Shown here: in pieces, positions 27,224-37,605 of the stretch | Numbering within the stretch: the first letter of the stretch is position 1 | How the letters are laid out: each line of letters starts with the position of its first letter | From: Thermoprotei archaeon | GTDB lineage: Archaea; Thermoproteota; Thermoprotei_A; EX4484-217-1 | Direction: 5' to 3' | DNA length: 58,813 nucleotides | Assembly: GCA_021158265.1 (NCBI GenBank) | Contig: JAGGUY010000015.1 | Coordinates: 1-58,813, forward strand | Made by a program: the position numbers and the translations under genes | The notes under the pieces: model-generated | The model's input: only the letters and a program-made list of their open reading frames with translations | Told to the model about the DNA's origin: nothing | Databases searched by the model: none

Positions 27224-30166
27224 TTGGCTACGGCTGAAATAGCGCCTGTAAACGACTTCGCAAAATATCTTAATGAAATATCTGAGAAATGGCTTAGAAA
27301 ATGGTATGAAGATAGAGTATTCGAAGCTGATCCTAAATCAGGTAAGCCCAAGTTTTTCCTAACAGCAGCTTTTCCTTATCCGAATTCTCCACTACACATA
27401 GGTCATGCAAGAACATACACTGTAACAGACATTTATGCTAGGTTTAAGAGAATGCAGGGATTCAACGTACTATTCCCCATGGGTTTTCACTACACTGGAA
27501 CACCAATTTTAACCATGGCTGAAGCCGTAGCTAAAGGCGATAAAGAACTAATAGACTTATTCATTAACGTATATCACATACCTAAGGAGGATATTGAGAA
27601 GCTAAAAACACCATTAGGTATGGCTAAATACTTCCATGAGGACGCCAAGAAAGCTATGAAGCAATTGGGGTTAAGCATAGATTGGAGAAGAGAATTTACA
27701 AGTATAACACCACAATTCAGCCAATTCATAAGGTGGCAATTCCAGAAGCTTAGAGAGAAAGGATATGTTACTCAGGGAACACATCCTGTAGGATGGTGTC
27801 CTGTACATCAGAACCCTGTAGGGCAACATGATACTAAGGGCGATGTAGAGCCAGAAATAGGCGAGTTCACCCTAATACTTTTCGAAGGAGAGAATGGAGA
27901 AAAATATCCATGCGCTACATTAAGACCCGAAACCGTTTTCGGAGTAACAAACCTATGGGTTAATCCTGAAAGCGAATATGTTTTAGCAGAAGTTGATGGA
28001 AGCAAATGGGTTATTAGCTCTAAAGCAGCATGGAAGCTAACATTCCAGAATAGGAAAGTTAAAACAATCAGGAAAATATCCGGAAAGGAGCTTTTAGGTA
28101 GGAGAGTAAAGAACCCTATGACGGGAGCTAAAGTACCCATTTTACCCGGGAAATTTGTTGATCCAAATAATGCATCAGGAGTTGTAATGTCGGTACCCGC
28201 TCACGCACCATACGATTATGTTGCATTGGAGGAAATAAGGAAAGATAAAGAAGTTCTTGAAAAATACAATGTAAGTCCTAATGAGTTGCAGCCTATTTCA
28301 ATAATTTCTGTTGAAGGGCATTCGGAATATCCTGCAAGAGACATCGTTGAGAAAATGGGTATTAAAAGCCAGTTAGATGAGAGACTTGAAGAAGCCACTA
28401 AACAGCTTTACTCATTAGAATACCATAAGGGAGTTATGAAAGAGAATACTGGAAAATACTCTAAACTCCCTGTTAGAGAAGCTAGAGATAAAGTAAAAGA
28501 GGATTTACTAAGCCAAGGAAAAGCAGATATAATGTATGAAATACTTAATAAGCCAGTATATTGTAGATGCGGTACTGAAATCGTGGTTAAGATTTTAGAG
28601 AACCAATGGTTTCTCGACTACTCCAATCCCGAATGGAAGGAGCTTGCCAGGAAAGCCTTAAAATCTATGAGAATATTTCCCGAAGAATTCCGTAAAGACT
28701 TCGAATACACTATAGAATGGGTTAAGGAAAGAGCATGCGCTAGACAAAGAGGCTTAGGAACAGAGCTTCCATGGAGTCCCGGTTGGATTATAGAGTCACT
28801 TAGCGATTCAACAATCTACATGGCATACTATACTATTTCGAAACATATTAATGAGTATCGAATAGAACCCAACAAATTAACGCATGAAGTATTCGACTAC
28901 GTATTCCTAGGAGTAGGCGATGTAAATAAGATTTCTGAAAAAACAGGAATTCCTGCGAAAATATTGAAGGCAATGAGGGAAGAATTTCTGTACTGGTATC
29001 CTCTTGATAGCAGACATAGCGGAAAAGACCTAGTACCTAACCATCTAACGTTCTTCATATACAATCATGCAGCAATATTTCCTGAAAAGCTATGGCCACG
29101 GCAAATAGTTGTCAACGGATTCGTACTCTATGAAGGCAAGAAAATGTCTAAATCACTAAGGAACATTGTGCCCCTTAGAATAGCCAATAAACTCTATGGC
29201 TCAGATACTGTAAGGTTATCTTTAGCAGTTTCAGCTGAAATAAACCAGGATGCGGACTTCAGTGTAAGCTTAGCTTCAAGCGTTCTCGAAAGGCTAAGAA
29301 GACTAAAGAACTATATTGATTCCTTTGTAGACGAATACAAAATAAACAATGTTAGTATAGAGGATATCCATAAGGTTATGGATAAGCTATCATATGCGGA
29401 CAAATGGCTTTTAAGCATCACACAAAAGAGGATAAAGTCAGTTACAGAAGCACTGGAAAACCTTAGAATTAGGGAAGCATCTGGAACGGCACTTTATCTT
29501 ATGGAGCAAGATCTAAAATGGTATATTGAGGTTTCCGAAATACCGAATCCCTATGTGCTAAAGTACTTCGTTAGTGTTTGGCTTAGGCTGTTAGCTCCCT
29601 TTGCACCATTCATTACTGAAGAACTTTGGAGGAAAATAGGGGAGAAAGGCTATATATCCTTAGCTAAATGGCCCAATTACGATTACAGACTAAGAGACCT
29701 TAAGGTAGAGTTAGTAGAACACTACTTACGAAGAATCGTAGACGATATTAAGGAAATAGTTAAGGTAACCTCGATAAAGCCGCAGAAAATATACCTTTAT
29801 GTCGCAGCACCATGGAAGTATGAACTAGTTGGAGTTATCATAGATAAGTTAAAGGCTAAAGTTAAAAATCCGCAAAGAGAAGTTCTTAAAGAAGTCATGA
29901 AGAACAAGGAAATAGCAAAGCATGGGAGAAAAGTTGTTGAGTTAGTCAAATCATTAATAGACTTCATAATGCCCTTATCCGAAGAATACTATGATACCTT
30001 AGCCTCACTTGACGAAGAAGAGGTTCTCAAGGAAAACCTACAATACTTAAAGAGAATGCTCGGATTAGAGAAGGTATTTGTGATGAATGAGGAAGGGGCA
30101 AATTATGATCCTAAGGGTAAGGCGAAATATGCTATCCCATGGAAGCCAGCAATTTACATTGAATAG
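27224..30166 (+). CDS. leuS: leucyl-tRNA synthetase
   Basis: 980-aa ORF with a TTG start; HIGH motif 'PLHIGHARTY', KMSKS motif 'KKMSKSLRN', archaeal-type editing insertion. Confidence 0.95.
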   Translation: MATAEIAPVNDFAKYLNEISEKWLRKWYEDRVFEADPKSGKPKFFLTAAFPYPNSPLHIGHARTYTVTDIYARFKRMQGFNVLFPMGFHYTGTPILTMAEAVAKGDKELIDLFINVYHIPKEDIEKLKTPLGMAKYFHEDAKKAMKQLGLSIDWRREFTSITPQFSQFIRWQFQKLREKGYVTQGTHPVGWCPVHQNPVGQHDTKGDVEPEIGEFTLILFEGENGEKYPCATLRPETVFGVTNLWVNPESEYVLAEVDGSKWVISSKAAWKLTFQNRKVKTIRKISGKELLGRRVKNPMTGAKVPILPGKFVDPNNASGVVMSVPAHAPYDYVALEEIRKDKEVLEKYNVSPNELQPISIISVEGHSEYPARDIVEKMGIKSQLDERLEEATKQLYSLEYHKGVMKENTGKYSKLPVREARDKVKEDLLSQGKADIMYEILNKPVYCRCGTEIVVKILENQWFLDYSNPEWKELARKALKSMRIFPEEFRKDFEYTIEWVKERACARQRGLGTELPWSPGWIIESLSDSTIYMAYYTISKHINEYRIEPNKLTHEVFDYVFLGVGDVNKISEKTGIPAKILKAMREEFLYWYPLDSRHSGKDLVPNHLTFFIYNHAAIFPEKLWPRQIVVNGFVLYEGKKMSKSLRNIVPLRIANKLYGSDTVRLSLAVSAEINQDADFSVSLASSVLERLRRLKNYIDSFVDEYKINNVSIEDIHKVMDKLSYADKWLLSITQKRIKSVTEALENLRIREASGTALYLMEQDLKWYIEVSEIPNPYVLKYFVSVWLRLLAPFAPFITEELWRKIGEKGYISLAKWPNYDYRLRDLKVELVEHYLRRIVDDIKEIVKVTSIKPQKIYLYVAAPWKYELVGVIIDKLKAKVKNPQREVLKEVMKNKEIAKHGRKVVELVKSLIDFIMPLSEEYYDTLASLDEEEVLKENLQYLKRMLGLEKVFVMNEEGANYDPKGKAKYAIPWKPAIYIE

Positions 30167-30173
30167 CGAATCT

Positions 30174-30887
30174 TTAAACAATTACATATCCTTTATTTAC
30201 CTCTATGAAACCATAAGATACTAGATCGCTTATTATCTTTCTAGCGAAATTCTTATTAACACTCATTCTAGCAGAAACTATTACTACTGCGTCTTTTACG
30301 GTATAATTTCCATATTCGGCAGCAGCTTCTTTAAGTAAGCTTAAGGCTCTGAATAAGTATTTAGGTAGTATTTTGAATGCCTCTACGATCTTGCCTTCCG
30401 AAACTGCTATCAATACCTTATCTGTAAATGTTTTTAACTCGTAAATTCTATCCTTCCTTTTCCTGCAATATACTTTTAGGAACCCTTTAGTTCCTTTGAG
30501 CGCTTTAGATGGACTATAATCAGTTATTATAATGAACTCTACGTCTACATTCCTAATGCTGGAACCTATTCTTACATTGCTTTCTGAAGGGTTATGTATG
30601 TGTAAGGAGTAACCCCTTATTCCGTTGATAAGCTTTTCTAAGTAAACTATGTTCTCTAACTTCTCATGTCCAACAATGTTGCTTAATAATTCGGATCTGA
30701 ATCTTCCACTATAATCAATAAGATAAATGTTTTCAGATGTGCATTTAGCAATTTTAGATATTAGAAAGGCTTGCAATATTTGTTTAGCATATTCATAATT
30801 ACTTAAAATAGCTATCCTCCTATTATATGGCCATACTAGAATTCTTTCTAATGCCTCATTTTCTAAACTACATTTCATTTTGGTCAT
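30174..30887 (-). CDS. hypothetical protein with a possible C-terminal winged-helix
   Basis: 237-aa ORF; only 'ARKIISDLVSYGFIEVNKGYVIV' looks wHTH-like; no catalytic motif recognised. Confidence 0.45.
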   Translation of the reverse strand: MTKMKCSLENEALERILVWPYNRRIAILSNYEYAKQILQAFLISKIAKCTSENIYLIDYSGRFRSELLSNIVGHEKLENIVYLEKLINGIRGYSLHIHNPSESNVRIGSSIRNVDVEFIIITDYSPSKALKGTKGFLKVYCRKRKDRIYELKTFTDKVLIAVSEGKIVEAFKILPKYLFRALSLLKEAAAEYGNYTVKDAVVIVSARMSVNKNFARKIISDLVSYGFIEVNKGYVIV

Positions 30888-31011
30888 CTAATTTTGCCAT
30901 TGTTGGAAATATGTTTTAAACCCGTAGACTAATAGTAGTTATAGCGAGATGATTGAAAATTAGCCCGCTGACTATGTATAGGATGATGTTACGCAGGCCT
31001 TAATGAAACCC

Positions 31012-31353
31012 CTATGTTTCCTTTTCTTCTTCAAGTGCAACAAGCATTTCTCTATACTTTTCCTCCATTATCCTCTCTAACTCAGGGGGAATGCCAAAAC
31101 CTACTATCTCAACATTTACGTTCTTAACTCCTTTAACCGTTTTAGCTGCCTCTTCAACGCTAGCTATGAGAACATATGTTATTGGGCAGTAGGGTGTTGT
31201 AAGCATTAAGCCTATTCTAACGTTTCCTTCATCATCGACTTCAATGCTTCTAATAAAACCTCCGTCAACTAAGTTTACCCCTATTTCTGGATCCATAACT
31301 TTTCTTAGTTTCTCTCTAATTTCCTCCACTATTCTGCTTTTGTCTATGACCAT
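31012..31353 (-). CDS. DUF59/MIP18-family Fe-S assembly protein (SufT/PaaD-like)
   Basis: 'LRKVMDPEIGVNLVDGGFIRSIEV...LMLTTPYCPI'; ATG at 31353 (preceded by AGGTGCAGAGG) preferred over the TTG at 31419. Confidence 0.75.
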   Translation of the reverse strand: MVIDKSRIVEEIREKLRKVMDPEIGVNLVDGGFIRSIEVDDEGNVRIGLMLTTPYCPITYVLIASVEEAAKTVKGVKNVNVEIVGFGIPPELERIMEEKYREMLVALEEEKET

Positions 31354-31483
31354 AGCCTCTGCACCTACTTCTTTCACGCTGTTAAAGGAGTATAAGGGGT
31401 AAATTAACTTTACTTGCAATGTAGCATGACAATAGTTAATCTTAAAACTACGTTTACACCATATTCACATAACGGGTTACTTT

Positions 31484-32098
31484 TTGGAGAAACTTGAAGC
31501 GCTAAAGAAATCCATGAAGGAGATTGCTCTATTCATAAACAACGCCATAGACCATATTAAAGAAGAAGAAGTCGAAAAAATGATAGATATTCTCATGAAA
31601 GCATACCATGACCACGGTAAAAGGAAAATTCTAGTAATGGGAGCTGGTAGATCAGGACTTGTAGGTAAAGCGTTCGCCATGAGACTAATGCATTTAGGCT
31701 ATAACGCATACGTTCTCGGAGAAACGATAGTTCCAAGGATAGGCAGAGACGACATTGTTATAGCAATTTCAGGCTCCGGTAGAACAAGACTAATAGTGAC
31801 CGCTGCCGAAGCCGCAAAGGCGGTAGGCGCTACATTAATAGCAATAACAACATATCCTGGTTCGCCACTAGGTAAATTAGCCGACATTGTTGTGACAATT
31901 CCTGGAAGATCGAAGGTTGCTAAAGAGGAAGACTACTTTGCAAGGCAAATCCTAGGAATCCATGAACCATTAGCACCTCTGGGAACGCTTTTTGAAGATA
32001 CATGTATGGTGTTTCTCGATGGATTAGTTGTTGAACTTATGAGAAGGCTTGGAAAGGATGAAGAAGAAATAAGGCAAAGACATGCAAACATAGAATAA
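31484..32098 (+). CDS. SIS-domain 6-phospho-3-hexuloisomerase-like protein
   Basis: 204-aa ORF; '[23 protein letters not shown]' and 'ISGSGRT' as in PHI/HxlB. Confidence 0.7.
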   Translation: MEKLEALKKSMKEIALFINNAIDHIKEEEVEKMIDILMKAYHDHGKRKILVMGAGRSGLVGKAFAMRLMHLGYNAYVLGETIVPRIGRDDIVIAISGSGRTRLIVTAAEAAKAVGATLIAITTYPGSPLGKLADIVVTIPGRSKVAKEEDYFARQILGIHEPLAPLGTLFEDTCMVFLDGLVVELMRRLGKDEEEIRQRHANIE

Positions 32099-32124
32099 TA
32101 TTGTTCTCAAAGTGTGAGGGAACT

Positions 32125-32709
32125 ATGGTTATAACAGTAGCTATAGGATCACAGAACCCATCGAAAATAAAGGGTATTCAAGTAGCCTTCGAGAAAATGT
32201 TTAAAACAAAGATAAACGTTTTAAGTAGAGCTGTCGAAACATCTTTACCGCCACAGCCTATAGGATTAAAAACAACTATAAGAGGTGCTATTGAAAGGGC
32301 TATAAACATAAAGGCAATACTGAGTAAAGCAGATTTCTATGTCGGATTAGAGGCAGGTTTAGTACCTATACCCGCAACAATAACGGGATATATGGACTTT
32401 CAAGTTGCAGCAATACTTGACAACCATGATAAGGTAACTATAGGTTTTGGACCTGGTTTTGAATTTCCAAGTTCGGCCGTACGCTACGTTTTAGCGGGAG
32501 GGAAGGAAATAGAGGAAGCTATGATTAAAATTTCCGGAATAAAAAACATAGGAGACAATATTGGTGCCATAGGTTTCCTAACGAATAACATTGTCTTAAG
32601 AGAACACTTATCAGAAATAGCAACAATAATGGCTCTTATTCCTAGATTCAAAAAAGAACTTTACGAAGATCTTCCCAATGTATATGAGGTTCTAGAGGAA
32701 CTTAGGTAA
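32125..32709 (+). CDS. inosine/xanthosine triphosphatase (YjjX/DUF84 family)
   Basis: 'ITVAIGSQNPSKIKGIQVAF' and 'GLEAGL' motifs; ATG at 32125 (GTGAGGG upstream) preferred over the TTG at 32101. Confidence 0.7.
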   Translation: MVITVAIGSQNPSKIKGIQVAFEKMFKTKINVLSRAVETSLPPQPIGLKTTIRGAIERAINIKAILSKADFYVGLEAGLVPIPATITGYMDFQVAAILDNHDKVTIGFGPGFEFPSSAVRYVLAGGKEIEEAMIKISGIKNIGDNIGAIGFLTNNIVLREHLSEIATIMALIPRFKKELYEDLPNVYEVLEELR

Positions 32710-32792
32710 TACAATGTAGTTAACGTTTTAAGCACTTGCTATTGAACATTAATGTTTAGATACTATATGATACAGCAATATTAGCAGACTAA

Positions 32793-33791
32793 GTGAAATC
32801 AGTAACGAATGAGGGTATGGTAATGCAAGGCTATGTCCATGAAGGCTATGTTTTGAAGATTTTTGACGAATCATTATGGCTAGCTAAATGGAATATCCAT
32901 GACAACACTAAAAACGTTATTGCGCTACCGTGGAAACATAGAATTAGAAACCAGTGTTTCGTTGAAAAAATAAACTACGCCAAATCAAAATATCCTTACC
33001 TTATGAAAGTAGTTAAGCCTTACAATAGGATATTGCCAGTAATTTCCAGGAACCATATTAGGAAAATATTTGACCCTTACGAAGAAGCGAAAAGAATTCT
33101 AAGGAACCCTAAAAGTTATGAAAGAACCGTTAGAGATCTTGTAATGCTCATAATCTCTGAGGCAGGAATAGATGTAGACGACATAGGCGTTGTGCATGAT
33201 TCAGCGCACGAACCCATAATCATTTCTAGAGGTAAAAGTTTAGCCTATAAAATATATAATGCTGTCAGAAGGCTTTTCTTTACGACAAACTTGTTCTACC
33301 ATTTAAAACCAGAGACGCTTTTTGATGTTGAAAAACACGATATTTACGTTAAGATATCTAATAAAGTACTGAAATCGCTATACTCAAGAAAATATTTGAA
33401 CGGAATGTTTGGTACAATATTTTACACTATAAGATTACTTGATGATTCACTCTATAACATTAGTGACATAGAAGTAAGGAGCTTCGGACGAGTAACTCTA
33501 ATAGCAAAAATACTTGATGATAAGAACTCAATATTTTATCCTAGTAAATATGGTGTTGAGGTAACAAGTATTGCTGAAGGAAGTTTTAGAGCAAAATTTG
33601 TTAGCGAAATAGTAGCGTTTAATGAAGGATTTAGAGAAGCAGCATGGGAAGGTTCAGAGGTTTTAGTTCAAGGAGTTCTCGAGAAGGTAATAGATAAAGT
33701 TAATGACAGAGAGTACTATAGGGTTAGTGTCGGTTTTTCAAAGGACCTAATATTACCTTTACAAAGGCAACATATTCCTTTATATGCCTAA
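32793..33791 (+). CDS. hypothetical protein (possible degenerate nucleotidyltransferase plus OB-fold)
   Basis: 332-aa ORF; no clear catalytic motif; the C-terminal third is beta-rich and OB-like. Confidence 0.4.
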   Translation: MKSVTNEGMVMQGYVHEGYVLKIFDESLWLAKWNIHDNTKNVIALPWKHRIRNQCFVEKINYAKSKYPYLMKVVKPYNRILPVISRNHIRKIFDPYEEAKRILRNPKSYERTVRDLVMLIISEAGIDVDDIGVVHDSAHEPIIISRGKSLAYKIYNAVRRLFFTTNLFYHLKPETLFDVEKHDIYVKISNKVLKSLYSRKYLNGMFGTIFYTIRLLDDSLYNISDIEVRSFGRVTLIAKILDDKNSIFYPSKYGVEVTSIAEGSFRAKFVSEIVAFNEGFREAAWEGSEVLVQGVLEKVIDKVNDREYYRVSVGFSKDLILPLQRQHIPLYA

Positions 33792-33875
33792 TGTAAGCTA
33801 TCTTAACAATAAATAATGTATTTTCAAAAAATCGTATATATGTGCTCTGTCGTAGTCATAAGCGGGAGTTAAGAT

Positions 33876-35123
33876 TTGGCAGAGAATCCTTATGAAATGG
33901 CTTTAAAGCAGTTAAAGAAGGCTATCGATGTTTTAGGTTATGACCGTAATATATACGAAATACTGAGTAAGCCTCAACGCATTCTTGAAGTAAGCATTCC
34001 CGTAAAGATGGATGATGGATCAATAAAGGTTTTCATAGGCTACAGAGTACAGCACAATAATGTTCTAGGACCATATAAGGGCGGGGTAAGATATCATCCA
34101 GGTGTTACAAGGGATGAGGTTATTGCGTTAGCTATGTGGATGACGTGGAAATGTAGCGTGGCGGACTTACCCTATGGAGGAGGAAAGGGGGGAGTTCGTG
34201 TTGATCCAAGAAAACTTTCCATGGGTGAGTTGGAGAGATTATCTAGGGGCTATATTAGAGCTATTGCTCCAATAGTAGGTCCCGATATCGATATTCCAGC
34301 GCCGGACGTTTATACGAATCCTCAAGTTATGGCCTGGTTTATGGACGAATATAGCAAGCTTAAGGGGAGAAACGTACCTGGGGTTGTAACTGCGAAGCCT
34401 GTTGAACTATGGGGATCCTATGGTAGAATAGAAGCTACAGGATATGGTGTGGCCGTTGCAGCAAAGTTTGCTTCTAGAAAATACGGGTTACCTTTCGAAG
34501 GTGCACGTGTAGCAATCCAAGGATACGGTAATGTAGGATACTATTCTGCGCTCTTTATGCATGAGTGGGGAGCAAAAATAGTTGCTGTTAGCGACAGTAA
34601 AGGCGGAATCTATAATCCAGACGGATTTGATCCTCAAAAGGTAAAGGCATTTAAAGAAAGGACGGGAACTGTTGTAGGATTCCCGGACGCTAAAAAAGAC
34701 ATAACAAACGAAGAGCTATTAACTCTAGAGAACATTGATATTTTAGTGCCAGCTGCAATAGAGAACGTTATTACAAGTGAAAATGCAGATAAAGTTCACG
34801 CTAAAATCATTGTCGAAGGAGCTAACGGTCCAGTAACACCTGAGGCGGATGAAATATTGTTCAAGAAAGGGGTAGTTGTTGTTCCGGACATTATAGCTAA
34901 CGCTGGCGGAGTAATAGTGTCCTATTATGAGTGGGTTCAGAACATGCAGGGTCTCCAGTGGAAACTTGATGAAGTATTGAGAATGCTCGAAGATAAAATG
35001 CTTTCAGCACTTGACAAGGTATATAGGAAATATTATAAGTTGGGTTCGGACTTGCGAACAGCAGCCTACGCGGTTGCTGTAGAAAGAGTAGTTAATGCTA
35101 TGAAACTTAGAGGCTGGATTTAA
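33876..35123 (+). CDS. gdhA: glutamate dehydrogenase
   Basis: 415-aa ORF with a TTG start; 'GPYKGGVRYHP', 'LPYGGGKGGV', NAD(P) fold 'IQGYGNVG'. Confidence 0.95.
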   Translation: MAENPYEMALKQLKKAIDVLGYDRNIYEILSKPQRILEVSIPVKMDDGSIKVFIGYRVQHNNVLGPYKGGVRYHPGVTRDEVIALAMWMTWKCSVADLPYGGGKGGVRVDPRKLSMGELERLSRGYIRAIAPIVGPDIDIPAPDVYTNPQVMAWFMDEYSKLKGRNVPGVVTAKPVELWGSYGRIEATGYGVAVAAKFASRKYGLPFEGARVAIQGYGNVGYYSALFMHEWGAKIVAVSDSKGGIYNPDGFDPQKVKAFKERTGTVVGFPDAKKDITNEELLTLENIDILVPAAIENVITSENADKVHAKIIVEGANGPVTPEADEILFKKGVVVVPDIIANAGGVIVSYYEWVQNMQGLQWKLDEVLRMLEDKMLSALDKVYRKYYKLGSDLRTAAYAVAVERVVNAMKLRGWI

Positions 35124-35218
35124 ACGTTCATAGCTTAGCAAAGCTAATACAAAACATTAATTTGGCATAAGGTTGTTGATTTTTCCAGATAAGTAGTGGT
35201 GATGCTATAAAATTCAGG

Positions 35219-35641
35219 GTGAAGCCTATGAAAGTCTACGTTAAAGAATTAACTTTAAGCACCCATAGAAAGTATCAACTCGTAGATATAACGTATGAAG
35301 TGGAAAATGCGGTTAAAGAGAGCGGAATAAGGAATGGCTTATGCTTGGTCTTCGCTCCTCATGCGACAGCGGCGATAGTGGCTAACGAGCATGAAAGAGG
35401 ACTTATGGAAGACATACTTAGGAAGATTAAAGAGGAATTTCCAGAGAACGGTAAATGGCAACATAACATAATAGATGATAATGCGCATGCCCATCTAGCC
35501 TCAGCCTTTATAGGGGCTGATAGAGTATTCCCCGTGATAAACGGGAGACTTGTAAGAGGTACGTGGCAAAACATTTTCCTTGTTGAAATGGATGGTCCCA
35601 GAGGATACCGTAGAGTTATTGTCGAGGTAATTGGTGAGTAA
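35219..35641 (+). CDS. YjbQ/UPF0047 family protein (secondary thiamine-phosphate synthase-type)
   Basis: 140-aa ORF; 'HATAAIVANEHE', 'DDNAHAHLASAFIG', 'GTWQNIFLVEMDGPR'; the start may be the ATG at 35228. Confidence 0.8.
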   Translation: MKPMKVYVKELTLSTHRKYQLVDITYEVENAVKESGIRNGLCLVFAPHATAAIVANEHERGLMEDILRKIKEEFPENGKWQHNIIDDNAHAHLASAFIGADRVFPVINGRLVRGTWQNIFLVEMDGPRGYRRVIVEVIGE

Positions 35642-36310
35642 ATGGAGATAAAGATAGCTGAGGATGTAAGAAAGCTTGGTGTATTCATAGCTTACCGCTT
35701 TATACACAACATTAAAGTTGAGAAATCAAGGGAAAAACTAAGAGAGGAAATAAACAAGGTTGTAAATGCTGTTAGAAAAAGGTACCGTTTAGATGAGCTC
35801 AAAAATGACCCCATAATTAGGGCGTACCGGAAATTTCTTTGGAAAATAGGAATAGACCCTACTAAGACTAGGCCAAGTAGTGAAGCACTTTTAAGACGCA
35901 TTCTTAGAGGTAAAACTTTACCTTTAATAAATAACGTTGTTGATATTGGAAACTTAGTAAGTGTCAAAACAAGAATTTCCATAGGAATATATGACTTAGA
36001 CCGTATAGAAGGCAACCTAACATTTAGGTTGAGTAGAGGAGGCGAAGAATTCAACCCCATAGGTTCAAACAAATTCTTCTTAAGAGGAGGTATCGTAGTT
36101 CTTTCAGACGGTAAAAGAATAATTCATGTGTATCCTCACAGGGATTGCCAAGACACTATGATTACTTTAAACAGTAAAAACGCAATAGCCATTGGTGCAG
36201 GAGTTCCGGGAATACCTAAAGAGCACGTTTTCCAAGCCATTGAGTTATTAGGAGAATACATTGTAAAATTCAGCGTGGGAGAACCTTCCGAAACGATATT
36301 GGTTAATTAA
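35642..36310 (+). CDS. stand-alone B3/B4 tRNA-binding domain protein (PheRS-beta-like)
   Basis: 222-aa ORF; 'ALLRRILRGKTLPLINNVVDIGNLVSVKTRISIGIYDLD' is typical of the B3_4 domain. Confidence 0.7.
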   Translation: MEIKIAEDVRKLGVFIAYRFIHNIKVEKSREKLREEINKVVNAVRKRYRLDELKNDPIIRAYRKFLWKIGIDPTKTRPSSEALLRRILRGKTLPLINNVVDIGNLVSVKTRISIGIYDLDRIEGNLTFRLSRGGEEFNPIGSNKFFLRGGIVVLSDGKRIIHVYPHRDCQDTMITLNSKNAIAIGAGVPGIPKEHVFQAIELLGEYIVKFSVGEPSETILVN

Positions 36311-36374
36311 TAATAAAGCATATGTTTAGTTAAGCTTTAAGCTATGGAAAAGAAAAGGTGATTTCTAATTATTT

Positions 36375-37469
36375 CTAAATACTCTTTAGTGCTATTAGGT
36401 AAGCGGATGCTGTGTGCTTGTCTAATCCATATCTCATCATTATGTCATCGTGTTCTCTCGAACGAGTTGTACCTTTTGGATTCACATAGTTTACACGTAA
36501 TCCGTAGATGGGCGCTTTCATCGCTATCATTTCTATGATTCTATTTCTAAATATGGATATTCTCCAATTATAGTTTCTATGTAGTCGCCTACCATTCTTA
36601 ATCCAGAAGAACCTTAACCTACCCATTACTTCAGGGTTTTCAAGAACTATAGTTGATACTCCATGGTTGTATGCGCATCTAAGCATCTTATGCACTATCA
36701 TACCAATAACACTCCACGCCCTACTTCTTGGATATCCTCTAGCCGATATTTCTCTGAACCAGAAGGTTTTTGCATCCCTCAGCCTACCATCCGCATCAGT
36801 TATTGCTAAGTTAATCCTATCGGTATTGACATCCACGCCGCCAATTAGATTTCCTTTAGGTTCATCATATCTCTTCGCATGCTTTAGATAGAAATCATAG
36901 GATACTGAGATATGTATCTCTCCTCTAACATACAACTTACTATCTCTAACACCATAGTCTCTAATAATGAGCTTTGGCATGTACTTCTCCCTTAACTCAA
37001 CGACTTCTTTGAGGAGGTCTGCTTGACCCTTGTTTGGTTTAGCGTTTATTAGAATTCTATCCTTTGAGCCATCATAGCCATAGGTTGTTATCAGCGCCGA
37101 GCCATCCTCGTAGACCCTTATGACATTACCGTTTACCTCTCTCTCGTAGTGTTGGAATAGTAACCAATCAGATAGCTCTACATTAGAATAATCTATGCCG
37201 AGACTCCTAGCAGACTCCCATATACCGTAGACTAAGTATACGACACCATAAGAATACCTCTTATTAGGTATAAGCTCATAAGCCTTATTTTTAAACAACT
37301 TTATCCAAGCAACCTTAGATGGTACAAGTACATGTTCTAATTGTTTTGACCTAGAGAGGATTCTATGGCATGCAGTCTTAAATAGCCATGCAGTAGATAG
37401 TATCTTCTTTGCATTCTCACCATTAAAGTTGAATGTTAGTTTAATCGTATATAGTGGTTGTTCTTGCAA
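36375..37469 (-). CDS. tnpB: TnpB-like (IS200/IS605 OrfB-type) RuvC-fold protein lacking the zinc finger
   Basis: RuvC-like triad candidates 'GGVDVNTD', 'IVLENPE', 'GLDKHTASAYLIA'; 'YGLRVNYVNPKGTT' matches the TnpB 'G..V..V.P.YTS' block; TTG start at 37469 proposed, 23 nt downstream of a TATA-like box, giving the N-terminus 'MQEQPLYTIKLTF'. Confidence 0.6.
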   Translation of the reverse strand: MQEQPLYTIKLTFNFNGENAKKILSTAWLFKTACHRILSRSKQLEHVLVPSKVAWIKLFKNKAYELIPNKRYSYGVVYLVYGIWESARSLGIDYSNVELSDWLLFQHYEREVNGNVIRVYEDGSALITTYGYDGSKDRILINAKPNKGQADLLKEVVELREKYMPKLIIRDYGVRDSKLYVRGEIHISVSYDFYLKHAKRYDEPKGNLIGGVDVNTDRINLAITDADGRLRDAKTFWFREISARGYPRSRAWSVIGMIVHKMLRCAYNHGVSTIVLENPEVMGRLRFFWIKNGRRLHRNYNWRISIFRNRIIEMIAMKAPIYGLRVNYVNPKGTTRSREHDDIMMRYGLDKHTASAYLIALKSI

Positions 37470-37486
37470 GGCTATAGCCTCAGAAA

Positions 37487-37497
37487 TATTTATAAAA
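37487..37497 (-). promoter_or_regulatory. TATA-box-like element for the TnpB-like gene
   Basis: Minus strand reads TTTTATAAATA, about 23 nt upstream of the proposed TTG start, consistent with a leaderless archaeal transcript. Confidence 0.4.
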
Positions 37498-37512
37498 TAA
37501 AGGTAATGGTGA

Positions 37513-37592
37513 CCTCGGGGTTCCGAGAGCCGTAGGGCTATGAATCCTCGGGCAACCGAGGACGAGCCTCTACGGTGAGGGGCTCCGAGAGG
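37513..37592 (+). ncRNA. candidate structured sRNA (K-turn plus GNRA hairpin within a GC-rich island)
   Basis: Helices 37513-20/37583-92, 37530-38/37566-75 and 37546-51/37556-61; GCAA loop 37552-55; 3-nt bulge UAU followed by tandem G.A/A.G (37542.37565, 37543.37564); strongly GC-rich against an AT-rich background. Confidence 0.35.
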
Positions 37593-37605
37593 AAGCGTAA
37601 TGACC

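Noticed and set aside
30944-31010. Possible C/D-box sRNA in the spacer between 30887 and 31012
   Set aside because: Box-like elements occur with roughly correct 11-13-nt guide spacing (AUGAUUGA, CUGA, AUGAUGU, AUGA). Three of the four boxes deviate from consensus, the D'-C' spacer is long (11 nt), and no terminal stem is seen. This is too weak to call.
37513-37592. Classifying the structured element as an H/ACA guide sRNA
   Set aside because: The lower stem, internal loop, upper stem and K-turn resemble archaeal H/ACA RNAs. However, no ACA/ANA box lies at the expected position 3' of the lower stem (the sequence there is AAG), so the class assignment is not supported.
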